This document shows, piece after piece, positions 10,726-20,399 of a DNA stretch of 64,000 bases (within the stretch, counting starts at the first letter, position 1; each line of letters starts with the position of its first letter). Both the position numbers and the translations under genes were made by a program. Location: the NCBI GenBank assembly GCA_008690995.1, contig VRMN01000001.1, forward strand, positions 1,798,001 to 1,862,000, read 5' to 3'. The notes beneath the pieces are model-generated. The model was not told the origin of the DNA, did no database searches, and was given only the letters and a program-made list of their open reading frames with translations. This DNA is from Porphyridium purpureum. Lineage: Eukaryota.

Positions 10726-12015
10726 TCAGAAGTTGATTTGAGTGCACTTGGACGGAGACTGCTCGGACGGGCAATATGGGCACTTGAAGCGTGAGTTTCC
10801 GCGTGGGAGACGCCCGATGCTGTTCTTGCACAAGGCGTGCCCGCAGAAGAGAATCATTGGCGGATTATCTGGCGTGCTCTCCTCGCGAGACACGGGACAT
10901 GCAAAGATGCTGTGAAATCGAAACTCTTGAGGGAGCGGAATCTCAACAGGTAAGTGGTCGGCTCCGGTCCATTCCGATGACTCGTTCATAGGGGTACGGA
11001 TGCGCGATGCCTTGGAGAGCACGGGTATGGCCAGGGTGCCTGCACTGACGACGACGTGTAGGGCGCTGTCTTGCGCCATGCCCAGAATCCGACACGAGTC
11101 ACGTGAGAAAGTTTCGATTACTTGTGACCACATGGTTTCCGACACCAGGGGAGCGTATGGAGAGGTTTCGAGCCTTGTGGCATACAGAAGGAACCCCATA
11201 TGTCGCTGAATGTCGGGCAGTGACGATTTCGCGAAGCGCCCAAAGTGCTCCCGCGCATACTTGACGGCACCAGCACGATCCCTCTGCAGCAGCAGTCGAA
11301 TAAATTCCACACTGTGCAGTCGAAACTCGAGCGTGGACTCAATGGCCTCCAGCTGCTCTCGATGCGCAGTGACCCAGGCAATAGCCCTTTGCACATTGTG
11401 CTTTCTGAGTTCTTCCAGGATACTGTACATCTCGTGGTAGGCGCTCGACGTATTTGCCTCAATGGGCGCGCCGGCTTCGCGGACATAATTGTCAGCGAGT
11501 TGGAACATGCCCTCACGGAACAAATGCGTCGCGATTGCGACGTGTATTTTCTGCGGGTCCAGCACCGCGCTCGATTGGTAGGCCTTTTCAATGTCCAGCA
11601 CAACAAGCTTGTCCACAAGCTTGATGATCTTGTTGATTCCGTTATACACCTCTCGTTGCTCTACCACCAATTTCTTCTGGACCTGCTCAACCACATTGCG
11701 CTTACCCGTGGTGGACGGCACGATTGACATGGCTTCCTCCGACGTACTCTTGAAGCCAGCGCTATCTCTGGCCGGTGCTTGCGAGTCGACGTCCATCATC
11801 GAAGCCACGCCCGTCTCGTCTGCGTCGTGGCCTGTGCCCGGCGCGGCTCCACTGTCATCCTGCGACATGCCTCCCGTGTCCCACGCGTTCCGCGCGCGCT
11901 GCATTTGTTCAATGAGCTCGTCCAAGTGCCTTGCACAGCTATCGTGCAGCAGCTGCTGCTTGAGCTGCAGAGCGTTCAGCTCATGCTCGACCGAACACAG
12001 ATCCTCAAACCCCAT
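10726..12015 (-). CDS. RMND5: CTLH/GID complex E3 ligase subunit RMND5/Gid2
   Basis: LisH (IATHLFREG), CTLH (LEFRLHSVEFI), CRA and degenerate RING (FHSIFACPVSRE...NPPMILFCGHALC...FKCPYCP). Start placed at ATG 12015 to avoid overlap with the next gene. Confidence 0.93.
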   Translation of the reverse strand: MGFEDLCSVEHELNALQLKQQLLHDSCARHLDELIEQMQRARNAWDTGGMSQDDSGAAPGTGHDADETGVASMMDVDSQAPARDSAGFKSTSEEAMSIVPSTTGKRNVVEQVQKKLVVEQREVYNGINKIIKLVDKLVVLDIEKAYQSSAVLDPQKIHVAIATHLFREGMFQLADNYVREAGAPIEANTSSAYHEMYSILEELRKHNVQRAIAWVTAHREQLEAIESTLEFRLHSVEFIRLLLQRDRAGAVKYAREHFGRFAKSSLPDIQRHMGFLLYATRLETSPYAPLVSETMWSQVIETFSRDSCRILGMAQDSALHVVVSAGTLAIPVLSKASRIRTPMNESSEWTGADHLPVEIPLPQEFRFHSIFACPVSREESTPDNPPMILFCGHALCKNSIGRLPRGNSRFKCPYCPSEQSPSKCTQINF

Positions 12016-12151
12016 CACGCCACCAAGAAGGCCTGCGCTCTCCCTTGTCGCGCTTGTTCTGCAAAGTCGATAAAGTGCGTCGTGGTGTAACGTCTTAGGG
12101 AACCCTGGCGGGCATGCATGCGTGGTGGTCTGTGTAGCTTGGTTGGTCAGC

Positions 12152-14701
12152 ATGGAAGAATCAAGTGCGCGTCGCGCAGTCAAGCGCGCGAAATTGGAGA
12201 CGGACAGGGCGCCGCCAGGCGCCTTGGAGCTGTGCTTGGCCGCGCAAGGCGATGCGGAGGAGCTGCGTCGTATTCTGGCGCTCGGAGCTCAAGTCGATGC
12301 ACGTGACGAAGATGGTCGGACGGCGCTCATGCGCGCCGCGTCGTGTGGAAGTGAGTCGTGTCTTGGCATTCTGCTGGACGGAGGCGCAGAAACTCAGCTG
12401 GGTGACCAGGCCGGGTGGACGGCGCTGGTTTGGGCAGTGCGCCAGCGACACGTCGGGTGTGTCCGGGTTTTGATTGAACACGGTACGGACTTGGACTTTG
12501 TGGATTTGAAAGGATGGACAGCTAGTATGCATGCGGCAGCAACGGAAAACGACGCGTGCTTGCGTGCTCTTCTCGAGAATGGCGCAGACGTGTCTGCGGC
12601 AAATTTTGAAGGGACGACGGCGCTGATGCTTGCGGCCGCGACGAACAGCGAAGCATGTTTGCGGCTTCTCTTGGACACAGGTGCTGACGTTTCCTGTGCA
12701 GGATCGACGGGCATGACGGCGCTGATGTATGCTGTGGGGAATGGACATGAGACGTCTGTCCGGATGTTGCTTCAGAGTGGAGCAGACATCTCCGCCACAG
12801 ATTCGTATGGAATGACGCCATTGATGCATGCGGCGGTAACCGGTAACGAAACGTGTTTGAAAGTTCTGATCGAAAATGGTGCGGCACTTGATGCCAGGGA
12901 CGAAAACGGCATCACTTCGCTGACCTATGCGGCTGGGAATGGTGGAGACGCGTCGCTGCGAATGCTGCTTGACGCGGACGCGGACATGTCCATCGCAGAT
13001 TCATTTGGAAGGACAGCATTGATGTATGCAGCGGATAACGGGGACATTTCGTGCGTGCAGCTTCTTCTAAAGCATGGATGCGACGTACTTGTTGTCGATT
13101 CAAAGAGAATGAATGCCCTGATGTGGGCAGCTTCTTCCGGCCATGCCGATTGCCTCCGTCTGCTGCTTACTCATTGCACTGACGTGAATATGCGCGATCT
13201 GGAAGGTCGAACAGTGCTTATGCACGCGGCCATGAAAGGTCGTGAATCATGTTTGCGTGCCGTGTTTGAGCATGGGCCAGACTTTGCGCTCACCGATCGC
13301 AAAGGCAGGAACCTCTTGATGTGGGCCGCAAATGCTGGCCACGAACTGATTGTTCGTCTACTACTTGAGCGCATTCGCACGTTGCTTGATCCTGTTGCAT
13401 TTGCCGCATTCATCAATAAGAAGGATGGCTTTGGAGCAACTGCGCTGCTCCATGCCGTTCATAACGGACATGCAGCGTGCACCGAGCAATTGCTCGATGC
13501 CGGTGTAGAGACAGCTGTAAGATACTCGGATGGAAGGACTGCTCTGATGCTCGCAGCCAAGTGCGGGCACGCGGCTTGCCTCCAACTCTTAGTATCCCGC
13601 AGTGGAGAGTTGAATACGCAGTCTTCTCAGGGATGGACCGCTTTGATGTACGCAGTGGAAAATGGGCAGCAAGCCTGTTTGCAACTTCTCTTGGAGCGTG
13701 GGGCGGACCTCAACAGGACTGATCCGTACGGCATGAATGCTGTGATGCTTGCAGTCAGCCGTGGACACGCCGCGTGCGTCCGTTTGTTGATTGAATACGG
13801 TGTAAACACAAATGTAGCATCGCGCACAGGGTGGACGGCCTTGATGTACGCTGCGCGAGCAGGCCACCAAGGCTGTCTGAAGCTCTTGCTGGACGGAGAT
13901 GCGCATACGAACCAAACTGACCGTCTTCAGTGGACCGCACTGATGCAAGCCGCACATCATGGTCACCAAGATTGCGTTCAGATTCTGCTTACCAGCTGTA
14001 CAGATGCGAAAGCGATAAACCTGGAAGGCTTCAACGCTCTTATGCTGGCGGCTGGGAAAGGGCACACTGCTTGCGCTCACTTGCTGATCAAGCATGGCGT
14101 CGATGTAAGTGTGGCGTCGAACAATGGCGTTACCGCATTGATGGCGTCCGCGGCAAGAGGGCACACGGCCTGCGTTAGTTTATTGCTGCAGAATGGCGCC
14201 TCGGCAGACATGGTGACCTCAACCGGCGTGAGTGCGCTCGGGATGGCCGCGGCAGCTGGCGAGGACGAATGTGTCCGCCTTCTTGTCCAGTATGATGCTC
14301 CCAAAAAGGACTTGGCCGCGTTTAACACGCTGCGCGCCCTGGCCCATGGAAGTGGTCGGAAACCGAGCGCGCGTACCTCTGCCGGTCGCGATTGGGCGGA
14401 ACTGAAGACTGCTCACCTTTTGACGCGGCACGGCGCATCCGCAAACGCAATTGGCACTCGCGGCGACACGCCGCTGGACATATTGGCGCTATGCAGAAAT
14501 CGAACTTTGCAGCACGCCTCACATTTATTTGCGCTCTTCATCCTTGACGGTGCAGACATCAACCGTCATGCAGAACACATGGAAACGGCCATGATGGTTC
14601 TCTTCAAACGTGCGGTTGGTGACATGGAGATTGAGAGCCTGCTGGTCGCAAACGCTGGTCTTTTCAGTCGGCCCCACATATCGCGCATTGTCCTACAGTA
14701 A
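12152..14701 (+). CDS. Large ankyrin-repeat protein (roughly 20 repeats)
   Basis: Repeated 33-aa G-x-TALM-x-AA-x-x-GH-x-x-C-x-x-LLL-x-x-GAD units across almost the whole ORF. Confidence 0.93.
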   Translation: MEESSARRAVKRAKLETDRAPPGALELCLAAQGDAEELRRILALGAQVDARDEDGRTALMRAASCGSESCLGILLDGGAETQLGDQAGWTALVWAVRQRHVGCVRVLIEHGTDLDFVDLKGWTASMHAAATENDACLRALLENGADVSAANFEGTTALMLAAATNSEACLRLLLDTGADVSCAGSTGMTALMYAVGNGHETSVRMLLQSGADISATDSYGMTPLMHAAVTGNETCLKVLIENGAALDARDENGITSLTYAAGNGGDASLRMLLDADADMSIADSFGRTALMYAADNGDISCVQLLLKHGCDVLVVDSKRMNALMWAASSGHADCLRLLLTHCTDVNMRDLEGRTVLMHAAMKGRESCLRAVFEHGPDFALTDRKGRNLLMWAANAGHELIVRLLLERIRTLLDPVAFAAFINKKDGFGATALLHAVHNGHAACTEQLLDAGVETAVRYSDGRTALMLAAKCGHAACLQLLVSRSGELNTQSSQGWTALMYAVENGQQACLQLLLERGADLNRTDPYGMNAVMLAVSRGHAACVRLLIEYGVNTNVASRTGWTALMYAARAGHQGCLKLLLDGDAHTNQTDRLQWTALMQAAHHGHQDCVQILLTSCTDAKAINLEGFNALMLAAGKGHTACAHLLIKHGVDVSVASNNGVTALMASAARGHTACVSLLLQNGASADMVTSTGVSALGMAAAAGEDECVRLLVQYDAPKKDLAAFNTLRALAHGSGRKPSARTSAGRDWAELKTAHLLTRHGASANAIGTRGDTPLDILALCRNRTLQHASHLFALFILDGADINRHAEHMETAMMVLFKRAVGDMEIESLLVANAGLFSRPHISRIVLQ

Positions 14702-14864
14702 AGCCAAACATCGCAACGTATGTCGAAGCTTCCGAGTTGCTGTCAAAGTTTTCATGTTCCACTTTTCGCGTCTTCGCGGTTACGGCACGAGCGCGAGGCT
14801 CGGTGATGCAGTCGGCAGACGCATCTTCCCCGAAATACTGTTTGTTGGATGACTCCACGATCTG

Positions 14865-16295
14865 ATGCGTGGCGAGGTCGAGCAGGATCGTCTATGGGCA
14901 CTACTGAACAGAAGCTCAGGAGCTGGCAACACGGGAGGCGTCGTGCAGGCAGAACAGGTCGACTATGTGCGCCGACTTCTGGGCAGCAAGCCGTCAAACG
15001 CAGCATGGCTACTGGCTGCAGTGCGCGCGCGCTTTGCGTGGCTACCGCCGTGCAAGCAGCGGCTGGTGGCCGGCATTTTTCGCGTTTGCTTTGCTAACTT
15101 TGAGCACCGCGCTTTCCTGTCCACTTTGAGCGAGCTGCTGGGGATTGGCCGCGTGGATGAACGGGCCAAGAAGCTACTGCTCCAGGTGCTTTTACGGTTG
15201 CGGTGCATCGACCGCGCCGCGGAACAGCGGTACAATCAAGGGGCTGTGACCACGAGTATCGCGTCTGCCGCTGACGAGCAGCAAGCAAGGATGAGTGAGA
15301 CTGACTGTGAGCGTGGCTCTGAGCCCAAGCCGTCGAACCAGAACACGCAGACGGCGCCAAATATCTTTGAAGACGCTGCGCGCCAACGAATTTGCACATG
15401 GCTCGAGGCGCCAAAGAGCGAAAGCCTGGAATGTATCACGTCAGACGTTGTTGCGCTTCTGGAAAGCCGGACTCCCGTTGCGGGCCTTGAGCCAGTAGGA
15501 AGAGCACTTCGCCAGCTCAGCACACATTCTCAGGTCTTAATTTCGTGTGTTGGCTCTTTAGTCCAACTTTGCTTGGATGCGCAGCAAGACAGGTGCTCAG
15601 ACGTAGGCCCCAGCGGAGCGCCGCCGCGTGTATTTATTCGAGCCGTGGTAGTCCAAGCGCTCTTATCCTGCTTCTTGCTACCCATGCTTCAAACGCTCGT
15701 CGAACCAGCTCCTCGTGTGCTCATGACTGTCCTCGAGACCATGGCGATGCACTGCCCGGCAGAAACGATTCAGCTTCTGTTCTCCGACGAACAGGTCATG
15801 CATTCCATGAGCGCTCCTACATCGGAGGTGCTTGTACGAATCTGCGCCAAATGCGCGACGTCAAACGCCCATGTTGCTCTTGCCGTTTTTGAGACCAGCA
15901 GAAGCGAATCGACGATCGAGTCATGGTCGAACTTTGGCGGGGCGCCTGCCCGGCGCTGGCTGACCGCACCGAGTATCGTGTGGACCGAGCATACAGTCAA
16001 GGTGGTGGAAACGCTGCTCAGCATGGTGGCAGAGAGTGCGCGCGGCGAGCGCCAGGAAGCCACTCAAGACGTCGAGCCACACGAAAAGTTGCTGACTGAG
16101 CTTGCTCGCGGGATGAGCTTGCACGCGCTGAATGTCAAGTCTTCGTTGCGCTTTGCGCGCCTTGCGATGAACATGCTCAGCTCGATCGACGCCAGTCGAT
16201 GCGACGACTTTCGAGCGGCTCTTAGGACAGCGATGACCCAAAGCGGCTCGTTTCTCGCCAAGCGAGTGCTCGAGAAGTTGCAAGTGCCGGCTTAA
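14865..16295 (+). CDS. Helical protein resembling the Fanconi anemia group E (FANCE) C-terminal domain
   Basis: 476-aa Leu-rich ORF. C-terminal WTEHTVKVVETLL...SSLRFARLAMNML...SFLAKRVLEKL matches my recollection of the FANCE C-terminal pattern (W-x-E-x-T-x-x-V, S-x-x-FAKL, TFL-x-K). Confidence 0.55.
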   Translation: MRGEVEQDRLWALLNRSSGAGNTGGVVQAEQVDYVRRLLGSKPSNAAWLLAAVRARFAWLPPCKQRLVAGIFRVCFANFEHRAFLSTLSELLGIGRVDERAKKLLLQVLLRLRCIDRAAEQRYNQGAVTTSIASAADEQQARMSETDCERGSEPKPSNQNTQTAPNIFEDAARQRICTWLEAPKSESLECITSDVVALLESRTPVAGLEPVGRALRQLSTHSQVLISCVGSLVQLCLDAQQDRCSDVGPSGAPPRVFIRAVVVQALLSCFLLPMLQTLVEPAPRVLMTVLETMAMHCPAETIQLLFSDEQVMHSMSAPTSEVLVRICAKCATSNAHVALAVFETSRSESTIESWSNFGGAPARRWLTAPSIVWTEHTVKVVETLLSMVAESARGERQEATQDVEPHEKLLTELARGMSLHALNVKSSLRFARLAMNMLSSIDASRCDDFRAALRTAMTQSGSFLAKRVLEKLQVPA

Positions 16296-16417
16296 AAACA
16301 TAGTCTTTTAATTTTTATATTCTTTTCAGTTTCTGTGGAGAAGGACGCTCCTTCTCTTTAGTTCGTGCATTACGTACGCGACGAAAGACACGTGTATGAA
16401 CAACGCACATTGCGAGA

Positions 16418-17731
16418 TTAAGCACCCATACGCGACACCGGGGCGGCGGTCGGCACCATTTCCGGCACAACGAGAACATAGTTGGGAGAGGGCGCATATA
16501 CATTCTTGTCCAGGTTGATCAACAGCCCCGTCGTCGGATGCACGAAAAATAGGGAGAGCGTATCATTGTCGGTGTTGGCTACCACCATCACGCGTCCTGA
16601 TGGGTCAAAGCTGAAATGGCGCGGCGTCTTGCCTCCAGATGGTACGATTTCAACCAAACTCAATGTGTGCCCCTTCTCGGCCTCGATACGGAACACTGCG
16701 AGCGTGTCCGAGAATCGGTTGGCCACATATAAGAATCGGCCGTCCGGTCCGACCTTGATCTCCGCACAGTGTGTCTTTCCGACATAGCCCTTTGGGATTG
16801 TGCTGATGGTCTGCACGACACGAAGCGCCACTTTGCTCGTGTCCGCCTCATCATCGACCCCGCCGCTCACAATCTCCGAAGCCACCGATGCGTCAAACTG
16901 CAGCACATCGACGGTCGAGTCGAGCTCGTTCACCACGTACGCAACCTGGTTGCATGGGTGGAACACAAAATGGCGCGGGCCGTGGCCAGCCTGCAACAAA
17001 AGCGCACCGCGGTGCGCAAGCCGTCCTGTCTCGCGGTCCAGCACAAGCTGGTGGACGCACTCCTCTCCTAAATCTGGCACAAAGTAGAGCGCGAAACGTG
17101 ACGGTTCTCGCTCTGGTGCTGGTACCACACAATGCGTGTGGCTCCACCCTTGGCGGCGCGCTAGATGTTCTCGTCGGTCTGGCTTGGAATCCTGGCAGTA
17201 GTCATATCCCGGGCGGCGGTGCACGTCGGCCACGGAGCCCAGCGTGCCGTCGACGTTCAGGTGCACAGTCGAAACGGTGGCATCCCAGTAGTTGACGACC
17301 AGCGCGAAGCGTCGCTGCGCGTCGTGCACAACGTAGCACGTCGACCGGCCGGCGGCGTCTGTCTGTGATTGCAGGTTCAGCGCGCCAGTTTGGCGGTCGA
17401 TCTTAAACTGGAAAACCTTGCCATTTGTGTCAATTCGTTCATTCACGACGTACAGGTTGTCGTCATACACCTTCATGAACGCCGGATTCGGGCAGGCGTC
17501 AGAGACGGCGCAGCCCTTTCCAGAAACGGCAGCGGACGAGAACTGCTCGCCAGCGCCTGTGCCCAGCGCCAACGGCTTGAGCGACGGCTGGTCAACGTCC
17601 AGCAGAAATCCAGACACGCCACTCGCCTCTGTCCCGTGCGGCTGATGCGCGAGCAACGCGTGGTCGCTGTATCCTGACACATACACCAGCACTCGTCCCC
17701 TGGACGCCTCGGGCATCGCGTCCACCTCCAT
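16418..17731 (-). CDS. Lactonase-family 7-bladed beta-propeller (6-phosphogluconolactonase YbhE/Pgl-like)
   Basis: LYVVNE, LVVNY, RQ-x-x-SHTHC, VPDLG, GHGPRHFVFHP, AYVVNELDSTV, DGRFLYVANR and SGGKTPRHFSFDPSG. Confidence 0.9.
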   Translation of the reverse strand: MEVDAMPEASRGRVLVYVSGYSDHALLAHQPHGTEASGVSGFLLDVDQPSLKPLALGTGAGEQFSSAAVSGKGCAVSDACPNPAFMKVYDDNLYVVNERIDTNGKVFQFKIDRQTGALNLQSQTDAAGRSTCYVVHDAQRRFALVVNYWDATVSTVHLNVDGTLGSVADVHRRPGYDYCQDSKPDRREHLARRQGWSHTHCVVPAPEREPSRFALYFVPDLGEECVHQLVLDRETGRLAHRGALLLQAGHGPRHFVFHPCNQVAYVVNELDSTVDVLQFDASVASEIVSGGVDDEADTSKVALRVVQTISTIPKGYVGKTHCAEIKVGPDGRFLYVANRFSDTLAVFRIEAEKGHTLSLVEIVPSGGKTPRHFSFDPSGRVMVVANTDNDTLSLFFVHPTTGLLINLDKNVYAPSPNYVLVVPEMVPTAAPVSRMGA

Positions 17732-18173
17732 CCTTTCACACAACACCCTATAACCCTCCCTCCCCCTCTCCCTTCCTCCCTCCGTCCCTCCGTCTGTCTC
17801 TCTCTCTGTAACTCTTGCAACCCGCGGCCTCACCAATGTTGTTCCGCTCACCTTCCTGCGACGCACGTCTCCTCCCTCCCGAGCCCAGCCGCTGCTTCAC
17901 TTCTGCGCGACGCCGCACGCCGCGTCGCGCTTTTATACTGCGCGCGGTGCGTCAGCCGCACCAACGTAGCGGCCAGGCGCCCATCGCGCCAGCTGCCGAG
18001 TGTGTGCGCAGCACAAGCCGTCGCAGCAGCCGCCACAGGAGCGCCGGTGACGTCCCGCTTGCTCCATTCCACGCAGCCGTTCGCATCTAAAACCGCCGCA
18101 ATTTCGCACGCGCTTTAGATTTTTCCCCCGTTTCCGATTTCGGCCCCCGCCCCGCCGGTTGTTTGTAGCAGTG

Positions 18174-18222
18174 GTAATGATGATGATGATGATGATGGTA
18201 ATAATAATAAGAAGAAGAAGAA
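18174..18222. repeat. Compound trinucleotide microsatellite (GAT)n(AAT)n(AAG)n
   Basis: Direct sequence gtaatgatgatgatgatgatgatggtaataataataagaagaagaagaa. Confidence 0.85.
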
Positions 18223-19355
18223 GACTCCGATTGCTTCCGCTTCCCGTAGCGCACAAACAAACAGAACACGCGAGTGATTGCAGATGACGTGGATGTACAC
18301 TCCTTGCATTAATTCGACTGCTCATACTTATTTGCGCTATTTTTGTTATAACCTGTTCGGGCGGGGTGTATGTATTTTGAAACACACACACTCGCGGACC
18401 TATTTAATTATTCTGAGTCTGCTGTGTGTAAAAGCGTTTTGCGTGCGTGTCTGTCTGTCGGTCAGTCCGTGCATGGAACGCGATTTATTGCTTACGAACC
18501 GCGGCACATCGCGTCCAAAGAGGCAGTGTGCGTGTCTGATTTTGATGACGCGCACAACGCGCTGATCTGCAACGTGCTTTCTGTTACACACACACGCGCG
18601 GTTTGCGTGCCAGCCCGGTTTTACCTGCTTTTTTGTTGTTGGCTTGCAGTCACCATCAAACTGTAAAAGGGAACATAAGCAAAAATAGGACAGAGAGAAA
18701 AAGACAACCCGAGCTCCGCTAGTTCCCCCCCAAGGAAACGGCTCGCGAGGTCGAGCTCAGTTGCAAAGTTATTTGGATGCGGAGGCACGGCATGGGGCTT
18801 CATCGTAAATGAGCATGTTTGCGTAGAGATGGCGCGTGGGACGCGTCGGTGCTCATGATGATGATTTGGCTTCCACGCCCATGATGGCTCACAACGCGTG
18901 TCCGACACGCATCGGATTTCGTCCGACGCGTGACTTCCCTCGACCCACCCGGACACGTAACCCCGCGGAAGCGCTATGGCGTGAATCCGGGGTCGTTGCG
19001 TGTGGGGAAAAAGGCGGACGTGAGCGGCGCACGGATCGCGGTAAGGTGTAACAATTGGAAGAAGTCGGTGGGTTCGCTGGCACAACTCGTGCCGCGCAAC
19101 GGCTTGCTGAGCCGGATTTTCAGGTGATCGGGCTGACGACACGCAGTAACGGCGGACGGATGCGGCGGATTCTGGTGACGGAACCTCGCAACGGACACAC
19201 GCTGCGGTGACGTTTCGAAAACGAGGAATCCAAAACTCGGAAAGCTTGATTGTTGTGCGGTTGGGCGCGGCACGGAAGCGAAGGACGAAAGATTTGCGGA
19301 GAGACGGGCGAACAGTTTGAGCAGCATGCGCACTGGGTTTCCTTCATAAGTTTCC

Positions 19356-20177
19356 TCATGGATTCACGCGCACGCCGTTGATCGTGCGCATGTTTGTTTT
19401 CAGATTGAGGTGATCGATTTGCTCTGGAACCACCAGCACCAGAAGGAAGGCCGGTGGGCACTCGGGCTCGGCAACTCCCTCGCGAGCCTCTTTTTGGTCG
19501 CTGGTGCGGTCTTGGCCGTGCGCGTCCATGATGCGCGTGCTTTGCTCGCCAGGCCAGTCGGGATGGAGCTCCTCGCCGGGCACGCCCGGCCAGAAAAACT
19601 GCGCCTTGGCGGGCATGCTTAGCTTGCTCCACAACTGTGCCCTTTGCGCTCTCAGCATTTCACGGTTGCTCAGGATCGCCGCCGGAACGCCCTTTTCCGT
19701 CCTCTCAACCACGTGACCCTCCGACCCGACCAGCAGTACACGGCCCTGGATACGAAACTGATCGCGCGGTACGCTCATCCACCATGCAATCTCCGTCACA
19801 TTCGAGTTTTGCAGTGCGCGCACCTTTCTCGACGATGCATGCGTGCAGAGCATGATCAAGTTTTCGAACAAGCCGCGGTACACGACAGTTCTGTTCCGCG
19901 GCACACCCTCTTCAACCGTAGCCATCTGCATGAACGCCCATCCGCGATCGGACCGATTCTTCTTGGCGCGCTCTTCCATCAACTTTATCATACTTTGCAG
20001 CGCAGCCTGCCCATCGCTCTGCGCATCTGAAGCACTCATTCTGATCCTGGCGGCGGCGCGCTGTCGACGCGCCGCTTGGCACCGCGCAACAGAAAGCAAG
20101 TCGTTTGATTTCACCGCTCCGCGAGCCTGAACGTGCAGAAAGGTGCTAACCTGGAACCCGGCTGGCGCGCTGGTCAT
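19356..20177 (-). CDS. Pyridoxamine 5'-phosphate oxidase-related FMN-binding protein, probably plastid-targeted
   Basis: MQMATV...PRNRTVVYRG...THASSRKV...EIAWW...QFRIQG...W-x-x-LS-x-x-AKAQF-x-WP-x-PG...F-x-LVLV-x-PEQIDHLNL. Transit-peptide-like N-terminus. Confidence 0.85.
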   Translation of the reverse strand: MTSAPAGFQVSTFLHVQARGAVKSNDLLSVARCQAARRQRAAARIRMSASDAQSDGQAALQSMIKLMEERAKKNRSDRGWAFMQMATVEEGVPRNRTVVYRGLFENLIMLCTHASSRKVRALQNSNVTEIAWWMSVPRDQFRIQGRVLLVGSEGHVVERTEKGVPAAILSNREMLRAQRAQLWSKLSMPAKAQFFWPGVPGEELHPDWPGEQSTRIMDAHGQDRTSDQKEAREGVAEPECPPAFLLVLVVPEQIDHLNLKTNMRTINGVRVNP

Positions 20178-20399
20178 GCTCTCACGGATCGCAGACTCGT
20201 CCGGGACCACCGTTAAACTCGCCACAACTCATCCCTCCACACGAACGCGCAGTAAAGCTGGCTGCGGCGTGGAATAAGCATTTCATTTGAATTTGTATTA
20301 GATTGTCATGTGCATTGCATTGAAATAGCCATTACAATGTGATACGCATTGTACATCGTGGCCGGTGTCGGGCGCGCGAACGATGTGGCGGCCGAGAGG

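Noticed and set aside
12016..12183. Apparent overlap of the RMND5 and ankyrin ORFs
   Set aside because: It disappears when the downstream ATGs (12015 and 12152) are used.
18700..18830. Possible RNase MRP/P, SRP or snRNA (GGGGCTT, GAGCTC-bounded hairpin)
   Set aside because: The partner conserved regions (e.g. GAAAGTCCCC) and Sm or SRP motifs were not found.
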